A DNA stretch of 55,456 bases from Brevibacterium luteolum. Its GTDB lineage: Bacteria > Actinomycetota > Actinomycetes > Actinomycetales > Brevibacteriaceae. The notes under the pieces were generated by a model. The model worked only from the letters and a program-made list of their open reading frames with translations, ran no database searches and was not told where the DNA came from. Below are positions 28,539 to 37,729 of this stretch, piece by piece (the stretch's first letter is position 1; each line of letters begins with the position of its first letter). The translations under genes were made by a program, and so were the position numbers. The stretch covers positions 62,001 to 117,456 of the forward strand of contig NZ_JABEMC010000007.1 in assembly GCF_013004595.1 (NCBI RefSeq). Reading direction: 5' to 3'.

Positions 28539-31499
28539 TCAGTACCGATCCGCGGCACTCGGCGTGTGCCAGTCCTGCGACAGCCGTGAGGCCAGCAGCT
28601 CAGCCAAGTGCACACCCTTGCGCTCGCTCAGATCGCTGATCTGCGTCCGGCACGAATAACCGTCGGCCAGCACCACCGTCTCCGGCTCGGCCGTCCGCAC
28701 CGCCGGCAGCAGGGCGACCTCGCCGACGGCCTCGGAGACCTCGTAGTGGCCCTCGGTGACCCCGAAGTTCCCGGCCAGCCCACAGCAGCCCCCGAGCACC
28801 TCGACGTCCATCCCGGCCCGGGTCATGAGCTCGCGGTCGGCGGCGAATCCCATGACCGCGCTGTGATGGCAGTGCGGCTGCACCACAGCCGAGACCCCGG
28901 TCAGGTCGGGCAGCTCGGCGCCGGAATCGAGCAAGAACTCCGCCAGCGTGCGCACCCGCCCGGCCACCCGCGCGGCGGCCTCGGTGCCGAGCAGCCGCTC
29001 GGCGTCCTCACGCAGGGTGGCAGCACACGAGGGTTCGACGACGATGATCGGCACGCCGGTCTCGCCTGCATCCGTGCCCGAGGCGGTGGGCGCGGTGGCA
29101 TCGAGAGCAGCGACGGCAGACGTGAGGCTGGCACGGGCGGTATCAAGCTGACCGGTGGAGATCCACGTCAGCCCGCAGCATTCGGTGCTCGGGATGACGT
29201 GCACGTCGACACCTGCGTGGCGCAGCACCTCGACGGCGGCAGCGAGCACCCTCGGGGCGAAGAAGTTCGACCACGTATCGGCGAACAGCACCACCCGCTG
29301 CGGGGCACCCTCATCCACCGCTGGCATCACCCGCTCGACCCCGGCACGCTGGGCGAACCAGCGGGTGAACGGCAGGGACGTGAACGTCGGGATCTGCCGG
29401 CGCACATCGATGTTCGCGGCCTTCTTCGCCCACCGGCCGAGTGCCGGCAGTCGCTGCGGCAGGTTCGCGAGGCCGGCGATCGGGGCGGCCAGGCGGGCGA
29501 GCTTCGGCAGCCAGCCGAGCACATAGTGATCCATCGGCCGGAGCCTGCCGCGATAGCTCTGATGCAGCACCTCGGCCTTGTAGGTCGCCATATCGGTGCC
29601 GGTCGGGCACTCCGAACCGCAGGCCTTGCACGACAGGCACAGGTCGAGCGCCTCATGCACCTCCGGGGACTGCCAGCCGCCGTCGACGAGCCGCCCGTCG
29701 ACCATCTCCTGCAGCACGCGGGCGCGTCCACGGGTCGAGTGCTTCTCGTCCTTCGTCGCCTGATACGACGGGCACATGACCGCTCCCGAGGCGGCGGCAT
29801 CGGCTCGGCATTTGCCCACCCCGGTGCAGCGGTGGACGGCAGTGGCGAAGTCGCCTTTGTCCGAGGCGAAGGAGAAGCCGAGCTCCCGGCGGGCCGGCGG
29901 CATGTCCCCGGGCCGGACGGTGGCCAAGCGGATGCGCTCATCGAGCGGATCGGGATCGACGATGATGCCGGGATTCAACAGCCCGCGCGGGTCGAAGAGA
30001 TGCTTGACGGCGGCGAAGAGCGCGATCGCCTCGGGGGAGTACATGCTCGCCAGCAGCTCACCGCGGGCGCGGCCGTCACCGTGCTCACCGGAGACCGAAC
30101 CGCCATAGGCGGCCACGAGCTCGGCGGCAGCGAACATGAAGTCGCGCATCACTTGCCGCCCACCGTCGGCATCAAGCGGGAAGTCCACGCGCATGTGCAG
30201 GCAGCCATCACCGAAGTGCCCATAGGGCAGCGCCCACAGGCCGTGCTCCTCAAGCAGGCTCATGAGATCGCGCAGATAGTCACCCAGCTTCTCCGGTGGG
30301 ACCGCGGAGTCCTCCCACCCGGCATGGCAGTCCCGCCCATCCGGAGTGCGCGAGACCAGGCCGGCGCCATCAGCGCGGATCTTCCAGATCGGCCCGGACT
30401 CCTCCCCGGGCAGCACCATCGCATCATCGGCATGGGAGGCATTGATGAGCTCAGCGGCCTGCCGCTCCAGTGCTGCGGGATCGTCACCGGCGAGCTCGAC
30501 GAGCATCCAGCCGCCACCGGCAGGCATCGGCGGGACGGCATCCGGGCCCTTCTCCTCGATGAGCCGGTCGACCATCCGCCGGTCCATCCCCTCACAGGCG
30601 GTGACCGGGAACTGCGAGAGCACCGGCACATCATCAGCAGCCGTGGGCATATCCGCATAGCCGAGCACCACAGCAGTGACATGCGCCGGATCGGCCACCA
30701 GCTGCATCTTCGCAGCCAGCACCACACCCCAGGTGCCCTCGGAACCGGCGAAGGCCCGCCGGGCATCACAGCCGTTCTCCGGCAGCAGGTGCTCGAGCCC
30801 ATACCCGGAGACCTGCCGGGAGAAGGTGCCCAGCTGCGTGCGGATGAGCCCGAGGTGGTTATTCACCAGCTGGCGCAGGCGCGGGAAGACATCCCCGTCA
30901 TCACCGGTGAGCGTGACGACCGAACCATCGATGAGCATGACACGCAGCGCAAGGATGTTGTCGACGGTGCGCCCATAGCCCATCGCCCGCGGACCGCAGG
31001 CGTTGTTGCCGATCATCCCACCGATCGTGCACCGCGAATGCGTCGAGGGATCCGGGCCGAACCGCAGCCCGTAGGGCTTGACCGCCGCCTGCAGCTGGGC
31101 ATGCACCACCCCTGGCTCCACCCAGGCAGAGCGCTCCTGGGCATCGATGCCCAAGATTCGGTTCATGTGCACAGCGAAGTCCAGGACGATGCCCGGCCCG
31201 ATCGCGTTGCCCGCCAGCGTCGTCCCGGCCCCACGCGAGGTGACCGGCACCCCGAGTCGCCGTGCGACACTCAGCGTCCGACCCACCTCGGCGGCGGTGC
31301 GCGGGAAGACCACAGCAGCCGGAACCACACGGAAGAGCGAACCATCAGAGGAGTACGCGGCCCGTTCGACGGCCGCGGTGCGCACATCGGCGATGCCCGC
31401 CGCGCGCAGGGCGGCGCCGACCTCGTTCACGCGCGCGGCAGACGCCTCGGAATCAGTGGTCTCGCGGGAGAGTGCAGCGGCAGGTGCGTTGGCGTCCAT
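28539..31499 (-). CDS. FAD-binding, Fe-S-containing oxidoreductase (YdiJ / D-2-hydroxyacid dehydrogenase-like)
   Basis: RGAGTTLAGNAIG, FGPDPST..RCTIGGMIGNN, SGEHGDGRAR, CTGVGKC, CLSCKACGSECP, two CCG domains. Confidence 0.9.
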   Translation of the reverse strand: MDANAPAAALSRETTDSEASAARVNEVGAALRAAGIADVRTAAVERAAYSSDGSLFRVVPAAVVFPRTAAEVGRTLSVARRLGVPVTSRGAGTTLAGNAIGPGIVLDFAVHMNRILGIDAQERSAWVEPGVVHAQLQAAVKPYGLRFGPDPSTHSRCTIGGMIGNNACGPRAMGYGRTVDNILALRVMLIDGSVVTLTGDDGDVFPRLRQLVNNHLGLIRTQLGTFSRQVSGYGLEHLLPENGCDARRAFAGSEGTWGVVLAAKMQLVADPAHVTAVVLGYADMPTAADDVPVLSQFPVTACEGMDRRMVDRLIEEKGPDAVPPMPAGGGWMLVELAGDDPAALERQAAELINASHADDAMVLPGEESGPIWKIRADGAGLVSRTPDGRDCHAGWEDSAVPPEKLGDYLRDLMSLLEEHGLWALPYGHFGDGCLHMRVDFPLDADGGRQVMRDFMFAAAELVAAYGGSVSGEHGDGRARGELLASMYSPEAIALFAAVKHLFDPRGLLNPGIIVDPDPLDERIRLATVRPGDMPPARRELGFSFASDKGDFATAVHRCTGVGKCRADAAASGAVMCPSYQATKDEKHSTRGRARVLQEMVDGRLVDGGWQSPEVHEALDLCLSCKACGSECPTGTDMATYKAEVLHQSYRGRLRPMDHYVLGWLPKLARLAAPIAGLANLPQRLPALGRWAKKAANIDVRRQIPTFTSLPFTRWFAQRAGVERVMPAVDEGAPQRVVLFADTWSNFFAPRVLAAAVEVLRHAGVDVHVIPSTECCGLTWISTGQLDTARASLTSAVAALDATAPTASGTDAGETGVPIIVVEPSCAATLREDAERLLGTEAAARVAGRVRTLAEFLLDSGAELPDLTGVSAVVQPHCHHSAVMGFAADRELMTRAGMDVEVLGGCCGLAGNFGVTEGHYEVSEAVGEVALLPAVRTAEPETVVLADGYSCRTQISDLSERKGVHLAELLASRLSQDWHTPSAADRY

Positions 31500-31779
31500 G
31501 GCCTCATTGTGCCAGGCGGCAGCGGGCCCGGCTTGGAATCTGCATGATGGATGCGTCTGCTGTCGATTCCGGGGGCACCGAACGTCCCGTCTGGCTGAGT
31601 GGCACCGACCTCCCAGTCTGGTTATACTTTGTGTCTCAGACTGTTCCGATGTCGCCTCGGGCCGCAGCCGGGCGGACGAACAGCAACACGCGCGGGTTCC
31701 CTCCCGCAGGCCGGGCTCTGCTCCCCGACGGGCAGCTGGCGGTCGATGATGCAGCACTGAAGTGGGTAGATTTAGAAGC

Positions 31780-32100
31780 ATGGCACGCCGACCCCGGGCA
31801 CTGACAGCCGAACAGAAGGCCGTCGTTCAGGCAGTACGCCGGATTGCGAAGCAGCGCCAACGCGTGAATTCCAACTACGTATCGGCGATCCTCAGAGCCC
31901 GGGAAGAGGGCGTCACCTACGCGGCGATCGCTGAGGCGGCCGGCACCTCATCCCAGGCAGTCCAGGAGATCATCCGCCGGCACTCCCCCCGCCAGGCCGT
32001 ACACCCCTCCAGCCTCTCCTCTGCCGGCGACATCGCAGCCGTCGCCAGCCCCAAAGTGGAGGACGACAAGGACAACCTCAACGGTCCCACCCTGCTGTGA
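31780..32100 (+). CDS. Small putative helix-turn-helix protein
   Basis: AREEGVTYAAIAEAAGTSSQAVQEII HTH-like pattern; basic N-terminus; TAGATT-N7-ATG. Confidence 0.65.
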   Translation: MARRPRALTAEQKAVVQAVRRIAKQRQRVNSNYVSAILRAREEGVTYAAIAEAAGTSSQAVQEIIRRHSPRQAVHPSSLSSAGDIAAVASPKVEDDKDNLNGPTLL

Positions 32101-32117
32101 GGCGCTACGGTGGAGGC

Positions 32118-33110
32118 GTGGACTCCGCCGATCTCCTCGCAGACCCCCTGCTCGCCCTCTGCCGCGACGCTGCCCACATCGCCACCGCCCGGATGCGGCA
32201 CTGGCGTCAGGAGCTGAGCGCAGCCGACGTCGAGGCCAAGGGCGACCGCAACAACCTCGTCACCGCCGCCGACGCTGAGATCGAGGCACTCGTGCGCTGG
32301 TACCTGGCCTCCCGGCGTCCCGGTGACGCCATGATCGGCGAGGAGAACGCCGCCGCGCTTTCCGTGACCGAGGTGGCAGGCGGTGAGCAGATCGCCGCCG
32401 GCCTGTGCGTCCCATCGGCCGCCGGCGCTGCCGCCGGAGATCAGCCGCTGGACTGGCATGTCGACCCGATCGACGGGACCGTGAACTTCGTGCGCGGCAT
32501 CGAAGATTACGCCTTCTCCATCGGGGTCCGAACCCCCGACCCAGGCGACCTCGACGCGACCGGTCCGGACACCTGGCTCGCCGGCCTCGTCGCCGCCCCG
32601 GAGCTCGGCAAGGTCTTCCTCGCCCGCCGCGGTCAGGGCGCGTGGATGTTCGAAGGCCAGGTCAGCGACCTGCAACCGGTCACCCATGATTCCGGTGGTC
32701 TGTCCGCTCCTGAGGTAGCGCTCACCCGTCTGCAGGGTCGCAACCCTGGCCAGCGCGGCCGGCTCGTGGCCACCGGCTTCGGTTACGCGCGCGCCCAGCG
32801 CGATGAGCAGTTCGCGGTGCTGCCCGAGGTCATGGAGGGCTTCGACGACATGCGCCGGGCAGGCTCTGCTGCGATCGACCTGTGCCAGGCCGCAGCGGGC
32901 CGAGTCGATGTCTACTATGAGCGCCGGCTGGGCCTGTACGACTACGCCGCCGGCGCCCTCATCGCCGAAGAGGCCGGCCTGCACGTCCGCAGGCCCTCCC
33001 ACCACCACGGCACCGGTGATGGCAGCGACCTGTGCATCGCCGCCGGCTCGCTCGAGGACGTCGAGCGGATCGAGGCGATCCACCGCCAGCAGCGCACCGG
33101 TCAGCCCTGA
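32118..33110 (+). CDS. Inositol monophosphatase family protein (SuhB-like)
   Basis: LVTAAD, IGEE, WHVDPIDGTVNF, RRAGSAAIDLC, YDYAAGALIAEEAG; start may be 32097. Confidence 0.9.
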   Translation: MDSADLLADPLLALCRDAAHIATARMRHWRQELSAADVEAKGDRNNLVTAADAEIEALVRWYLASRRPGDAMIGEENAAALSVTEVAGGEQIAAGLCVPSAAGAAAGDQPLDWHVDPIDGTVNFVRGIEDYAFSIGVRTPDPGDLDATGPDTWLAGLVAAPELGKVFLARRGQGAWMFEGQVSDLQPVTHDSGGLSAPEVALTRLQGRNPGQRGRLVATGFGYARAQRDEQFAVLPEVMEGFDDMRRAGSAAIDLCQAAAGRVDVYYERRLGLYDYAAGALIAEEAGLHVRRPSHHHGTGDGSDLCIAAGSLEDVERIEAIHRQQRTGQP

Positions 33111-33218
33111 GAACCGGTGCGCCCTCACCGCCGCACACCGCGCCTGGAGTACCGTGAGCAGTGACGGCCGGCAGGCTCGCCTGCCCGGCCAGCCCTGACC
33201 GACGGACTCTGGAGACCC

Positions 33219-34886
33219 GTGCCCACACTCCTCACCGGTGCCAATGTGCACACGCTCGACCCGGCCCATCCCCACGCCACCGGCGTCCTCATCGATGCAG
33301 GACGCATCGCCGCTGTCGGTGACGATGCGCAGCTGCGCGCCACCACCTCGGGCGCGGACATCATCGACTGCCGAGGCCAGACCGTGCTGCCCGGCCTCGT
33401 CGACGCCCACATCCACGCCACGATGTACGCCGACTCACTCGCCGAGGTCGACTTGCGCCAGGTGCGCAGCCTGCCGGACGCCGTCGAGGCGGTGCGCACC
33501 CACGCCGAATCCCTGCCACCGGGCGTGTGGGTCACCGGCGGGCGCTGGGACTGCAACACCTGGGAGACCCCCGGCCAGCCCGACCGGGAGCTGCTCGATG
33601 CCGCCCTGCCGGATCGGCCGGTGGCGCTGTGGTCGATCGACTACCACACGCTGTGGTGCAACGGCGCGGCCCTGCGCGCGGCCGGGATCGACGAGCACAC
33701 CCCGAGCCCGCGCGGCGGCGAGATCGTCCGCGACGCTGATGGGCAGGCGACCGGAATCCTGCGCGAGGACGCTGCGACGATCGTCGAACGCCTCGTGCCC
33801 GCCCCGCCGATCGAGATGCGCATGCAGCGGATGCGCGCAGCCCAGCAGCAGTGGCTGTCCGAGGGCCTGACCGGCATCCACGACATCGACGGGCAGATCT
33901 CCTCGGGCACCTGGGCGGCCCTGCGCGAACAGGGGATCGGTGCCGGCGGCGGCCAGCTCATGCGGGTGGTGAAGTACCTGCGCCTCGACGAACTCGACTG
34001 GGCCAAGGGGATCGCCTGGCGCACCGGCGACGGGGACGCGTGGTTCACCCGCGGTGGGCTCAAACTGTTCTCCGACGGGGCGCTGGGATCCCAGACCTCG
34101 TACATGTCGAGCCCGTATCCGGGCACCTGCGATCACTACGGCATGGAGATCGCCAGCGAGGATGTGCTGTGCGAGCAGATCACCGATGCGCTCATGTCCG
34201 GGCTGTCACTGGCCATCCACGCGATCGGCGATCAGGCCAACCACCACGTGCTCTCCGCCTTCGCCCGCACCCGTTCGATCTCCCGCGAGGCTGAGCGGAT
34301 CTACTCACGGCGCCTGCGCCACCGCATCGAGCACGTCCAGTTCGTCCAGCCCGATGACATCGCCCGCTTTGCCGAGCTCGGCATCGTCGCCTCGATGCAG
34401 CCGAGACACTGCATCTCCGATCTGCACCTGCTGGAGGCGCTCAGGCCCGATCCGCAGCTGGCCGCCTACGCCTGGGGTGAGATGGCCGCTGCCGGCGTGC
34501 CGGTGGCCTTCGGCTCCGATGGGCCGGTCGAGCCCTCCGACCCCTGGGCGGCGATCTACGCGGCGATGACCCGGGCCGACATCAGCGGTGATCCTCCCAC
34601 GACCTTCCAGCCGCACCGGCGCATCAGCGCTTATGCCGCCATCGAAGCCCACACCGCCGGCGCCGCCTACGCTGCCGGGCGGGAGAAGCAGTCCGGACGG
34701 ATCATGCCGGGCATGGACGCCGACCTCATCGTCGTCGACACCGACCCGATCACCGGACACGCCGGCTCAGACAGCATGACCGGGACGTACGAGTCCGAGG
34801 AAGCGCTGTTCGAGCACGCCTGTGCGGTGCGCGATCTGCAGGTCGACCTCAGCATCGTCAACGGCGAGGTCGCCTTCGCCCGCTGA
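33219..34886 (+). CDS. Amidohydrolase 3 family (YtcJ-like)
   Basis: LPGLVDAHIH, KLFSDGALGS, IHAIGD, RIEHVQ, FGSDGPV. Confidence 0.9.
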   Translation: MPTLLTGANVHTLDPAHPHATGVLIDAGRIAAVGDDAQLRATTSGADIIDCRGQTVLPGLVDAHIHATMYADSLAEVDLRQVRSLPDAVEAVRTHAESLPPGVWVTGGRWDCNTWETPGQPDRELLDAALPDRPVALWSIDYHTLWCNGAALRAAGIDEHTPSPRGGEIVRDADGQATGILREDAATIVERLVPAPPIEMRMQRMRAAQQQWLSEGLTGIHDIDGQISSGTWAALREQGIGAGGGQLMRVVKYLRLDELDWAKGIAWRTGDGDAWFTRGGLKLFSDGALGSQTSYMSSPYPGTCDHYGMEIASEDVLCEQITDALMSGLSLAIHAIGDQANHHVLSAFARTRSISREAERIYSRRLRHRIEHVQFVQPDDIARFAELGIVASMQPRHCISDLHLLEALRPDPQLAAYAWGEMAAAGVPVAFGSDGPVEPSDPWAAIYAAMTRADISGDPPTTFQPHRRISAYAAIEAHTAGAAYAAGREKQSGRIMPGMDADLIVVDTDPITGHAGSDSMTGTYESEEALFEHACAVRDLQVDLSIVNGEVAFAR

Positions 34887-34895
34887 ACCGCAGGC

Positions 34896-35858
34896 TCAGT
34901 CCCGCACCGGCACACCGGCGGCAGCGAGCTCACCGGGCGTCGCGGTGGTGAAGAACCAGTCGCGGAAGTCCTCATCGGGCACGATCCGCTGCCGGTGCTC
35001 CAGCACGCCCTCGCCCACCAGATAGTAGGAGTACCCGTGCGGGGCCAGCAGCTTCTCGAGCTCGCGCGGCTGCGCGCGGGCCGGCAGCACCTCGCACAGG
35101 ATCTCCGGGCGGTGGGCGGCCAGCAGCTGCTGGCCGAAGCCGAAGACAGTGTTCTCCGCGCCCTCGACATCGACCTTGAGCAGCACGCGATCCCCAGGAC
35201 CGAACTGCTTAGCGAACCCATCGAGGCTGCGGCAGGACACCTCGGTCCCGGAGGAGAACTCCATGTCGACCGAGTAGAACGACGGCAGCGCGGACCCGCC
35301 GTCCCCGCACGGCACGCTGAGCACGACATCCGGGTCGCCGACCCCGATCCGGTGCAGGGCGATCTGCTGACCGAAGCCGTTGCGTTCAATGTTGGCCTGG
35401 CACGCATCGGCGACCGCGGGCACCATCTCGAAGGCGTGGATCTCCAGGTCAGCGTGGGCAGCAGCCAGGGCGAGGGAGAAGATGCCGGTGTAGGCGCCGA
35501 TGTCGAGGAACACGTCGGCACCAGCGGCGCGGGTGGCCATGAGGTCGAGGGCGAAGGCATCGGCAGCTGAGGTCCGGCGGCCGGCGCCCCAGTACATCTC
35601 CTTGGCGATCTCGCACCGATCGGGGCGCAGCAGCACGAACTCCGCCGCATCATCCGGTGCCCCGAGTGTCCGCACCCGGCCGGTCACCTCGGTCAGGTGG
35701 GCCGGCGCCGGCAGGCGGCCGATGGTGATGCCCGGCAGCCGGGTGGCCGGCCTGAGCAGCGGGTGGAGGAGCGGGCTGGCGAGCGCGCGCTTGGCCGCAG
35801 GCTTGAGACCGAACCACTGCTGGCGTCGGCCGAGGAACGTGCGCCGGTAGTCACCCAT
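34896..35858 (-). CDS. FkbM-family methyltransferase
   Basis: FLDIGAYTGIF, HAFEMVP, LLKVDVEGAE. Confidence 0.85.
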   Translation of the reverse strand: MGDYRRTFLGRRQQWFGLKPAAKRALASPLLHPLLRPATRLPGITIGRLPAPAHLTEVTGRVRTLGAPDDAAEFVLLRPDRCEIAKEMYWGAGRRTSAADAFALDLMATRAAGADVFLDIGAYTGIFSLALAAAHADLEIHAFEMVPAVADACQANIERNGFGQQIALHRIGVGDPDVVLSVPCGDGGSALPSFYSVDMEFSSGTEVSCRSLDGFAKQFGPGDRVLLKVDVEGAENTVFGFGQQLLAAHRPEILCEVLPARAQPRELEKLLAPHGYSYYLVGEGVLEHRQRIVPDEDFRDWFFTTATPGELAAAGVPVRD

Positions 35859-35975
35859 AGGTGTCAGCTCCTGGTGCTGGGGCCTGGTTCTGCCAGTCTA
35901 TCGACTCTCGGTCCCGGCGACAGGTGTCCGGTGGTCCCGGCGACAGGTGTGCCACCGCGCCCGAGGCGGAGACGG

Positions 35976-36016
35976 CGACAGCCTCCCGGCGCACCGTGGG
36001 TGCGGGGAGGCTGTCG
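35976..36016. terminator. Hairpin downstream of the MBL-rhodanese gene
   Basis: CGACAGCCTCCC / GGGAGGCTGTCG inverted repeat. Confidence 0.55.
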
Positions 36017-36059
36017 ATTCCGTTTGCTCACCTGAGGTGTTCAGGTGCCGGTGGGCTGA

Positions 36060-37454
36060 TCAGGCGGTGGCGGAGCGCTTCCAGTTTGACCAGCCTTCGA
36101 AGCTGCCGTCGATCTCGATGACCTCGTAGCCGGCGCGGCGCAGGGCCTGTGCTGCGACCGTGTTGCGCATGCCGGACTGGCAGTAGCTCACGATCGTACC
36201 GTCTGCAGGCAGCTCGTCGAGGTTCCACAGCAGGCGGCCGACATTCAGCTGCGCCGAACCGGGGATGTGGCCCTCGGCGTGCTCGGTCTTGTTGCGCACA
36301 TCGAGCAGCAGGTCGTAGTCGGTGTGGTCGAGCTCGGCCGGGGAGATGACCTCCGGCTTGTAGTCGGCCAGCGTGTCCAGCGAGGTGATGTAGCCAGACA
36401 CGTCGTCGATGCCGACGCGCACCAGGTGATCCCAGATGCGCTGGGCCTCGGCGGCATCAGGTGCCAGCAGCACGATCGGCGTCGACTCCGCCTCAGGGTC
36501 ATACGACCAGGCGCCGTAGGTCGCCGGCTTGTTCGCCGGGATGGCGAGCGCGCCCTTGACGGTGCCGTCGTGGATCTCATCGGGCGTCCGCGTGTCGGCG
36601 ATGACGACCTTGCCTGCCTCGAAGTCCTTGGCGACCTGCGCGAGGTCGAGCTCGGTCAGCGGCTGGCGGCCGCCCATGACCTTCGGGCCGTCGCGGTTCT
36701 CGCGCTTCATCCGCCCGAAGTAGGCGTGCGCATCCGGCTGGCCGTCGAGCAGCTCGTCGATGAAGCCCTGTTCGTCGTCGTTCTTGACGTGCTTGGCCCA
36801 CCAGGCGAAGGCCTTCTCGTAGCCGACCGTCGATGTCGGCACGGCGCCGAGCGCCTTGCCGCAGGCCGAGCCGGAGCCATGCGCCGGCATCACCTGGATG
36901 TAGTCCGGCAGCGGCATGAACTTCTCCTTGAGGCTGCGGAAGAGGTCCTTTGCGCCCTGGAAGCGGGTGTCGACGCCGCCGGCTGCCTCGTCGAGCAGGT
37001 CGGGCCGGCCGAGGTCGCCGACGAAGACGAAGTCGCCGGAGAGCAGGAAGCCGGGCTCATCTGTGAAGCCGCCGTCGGTGAGCAGGAAGCTCAGGTGCTC
37101 GGGGGTGTGGCCGGGGGTGTGGACGGCTTCGAGGGTGAGGTTGCCGACGGTGATGGTGTCACCGTCATTCAGGCGCTCGGCTTCGAAGCCGTACTGCCAG
37201 TCCTGGCCGCCTTCGCCGGAGACGTACATCTTCGCGCCGGTGGCCTCAGCCAGTTCGCGGGTGCCGGAGAGGTAGTCGGCGTGGATGTGGGTTTCGGTCA
37301 CGGCCTTGATCGCCATGTTGTTCTTCGCGGCGTACTCCTGGAAGAACTCGACGTCGCGTCGGCCGTCGACGACGATTGCCTCGCCGGTCGCCTGACAGCC
37401 GATGAAGTAGGCGGCCTGCGCCAGGTCCTCGTCGTAGATCCGTTCGATGAGCAT
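36060..37454 (-). CDS. MBL-fold persulfide dioxygenase-rhodanese fusion (CstB-like)
   Basis: ETHIHADYLSG, HTPGHTPEH, GDLGRPDL, PAHGSGSACGK, C-terminal rhodanese YCQSGMR; GAGGAGG RBS. Confidence 0.88.
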   Translation of the reverse strand: MLIERIYDEDLAQAAYFIGCQATGEAIVVDGRRDVEFFQEYAAKNNMAIKAVTETHIHADYLSGTRELAEATGAKMYVSGEGGQDWQYGFEAERLNDGDTITVGNLTLEAVHTPGHTPEHLSFLLTDGGFTDEPGFLLSGDFVFVGDLGRPDLLDEAAGGVDTRFQGAKDLFRSLKEKFMPLPDYIQVMPAHGSGSACGKALGAVPTSTVGYEKAFAWWAKHVKNDDEQGFIDELLDGQPDAHAYFGRMKRENRDGPKVMGGRQPLTELDLAQVAKDFEAGKVVIADTRTPDEIHDGTVKGALAIPANKPATYGAWSYDPEAESTPIVLLAPDAAEAQRIWDHLVRVGIDDVSGYITSLDTLADYKPEVISPAELDHTDYDLLLDVRNKTEHAEGHIPGSAQLNVGRLLWNLDELPADGTIVSYCQSGMRNTVAAQALRRAGYEVIEIDGSFEGWSNWKRSATA

Positions 37455-37527
37455 GTGTCCTCCTCGTCCGTCCCGCTGCGCGGGCCGGAGGTTGATCACG
37501 GTTTCGCTTTCCTGCGCCACAACAATG

Positions 37528-37543
37528 ATACCCCCAGAGGTAT
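37528..37543. promoter_or_regulatory. CsoR/CstR-type operator overlapping the -10 box
   Basis: ATACC-CCCAGA-GGTAT pseudo-palindrome with a C tract, overlapping minus-strand TATCAT. Confidence 0.65.
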
Positions 37544-37729
37544 TCCCGGATGTGCTGCGGAGGGGGCCGCAGGGCTGTGGCCGCGTGGCCGGTTGCCCTC
37601 AGTGTATCGACGCCGGAGGGGTAATGACCAGACATTTGCGGCGGCCGGATGAATGCATCTCGGCCGGCAGCAGCGTCTGCTCCTGCCGGCCGAGAATCTG
37701 GTCATGCCGCGGTGATCACTGCCGCCGCA

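Noticed and set aside
28608..31547. 979-aa plus-strand ORF and other long antisense ORFs (e.g. 24656-26395, 12834-14024)
   Set aside because: Shadow frames of real genes in high-GC DNA; no recognisable motifs
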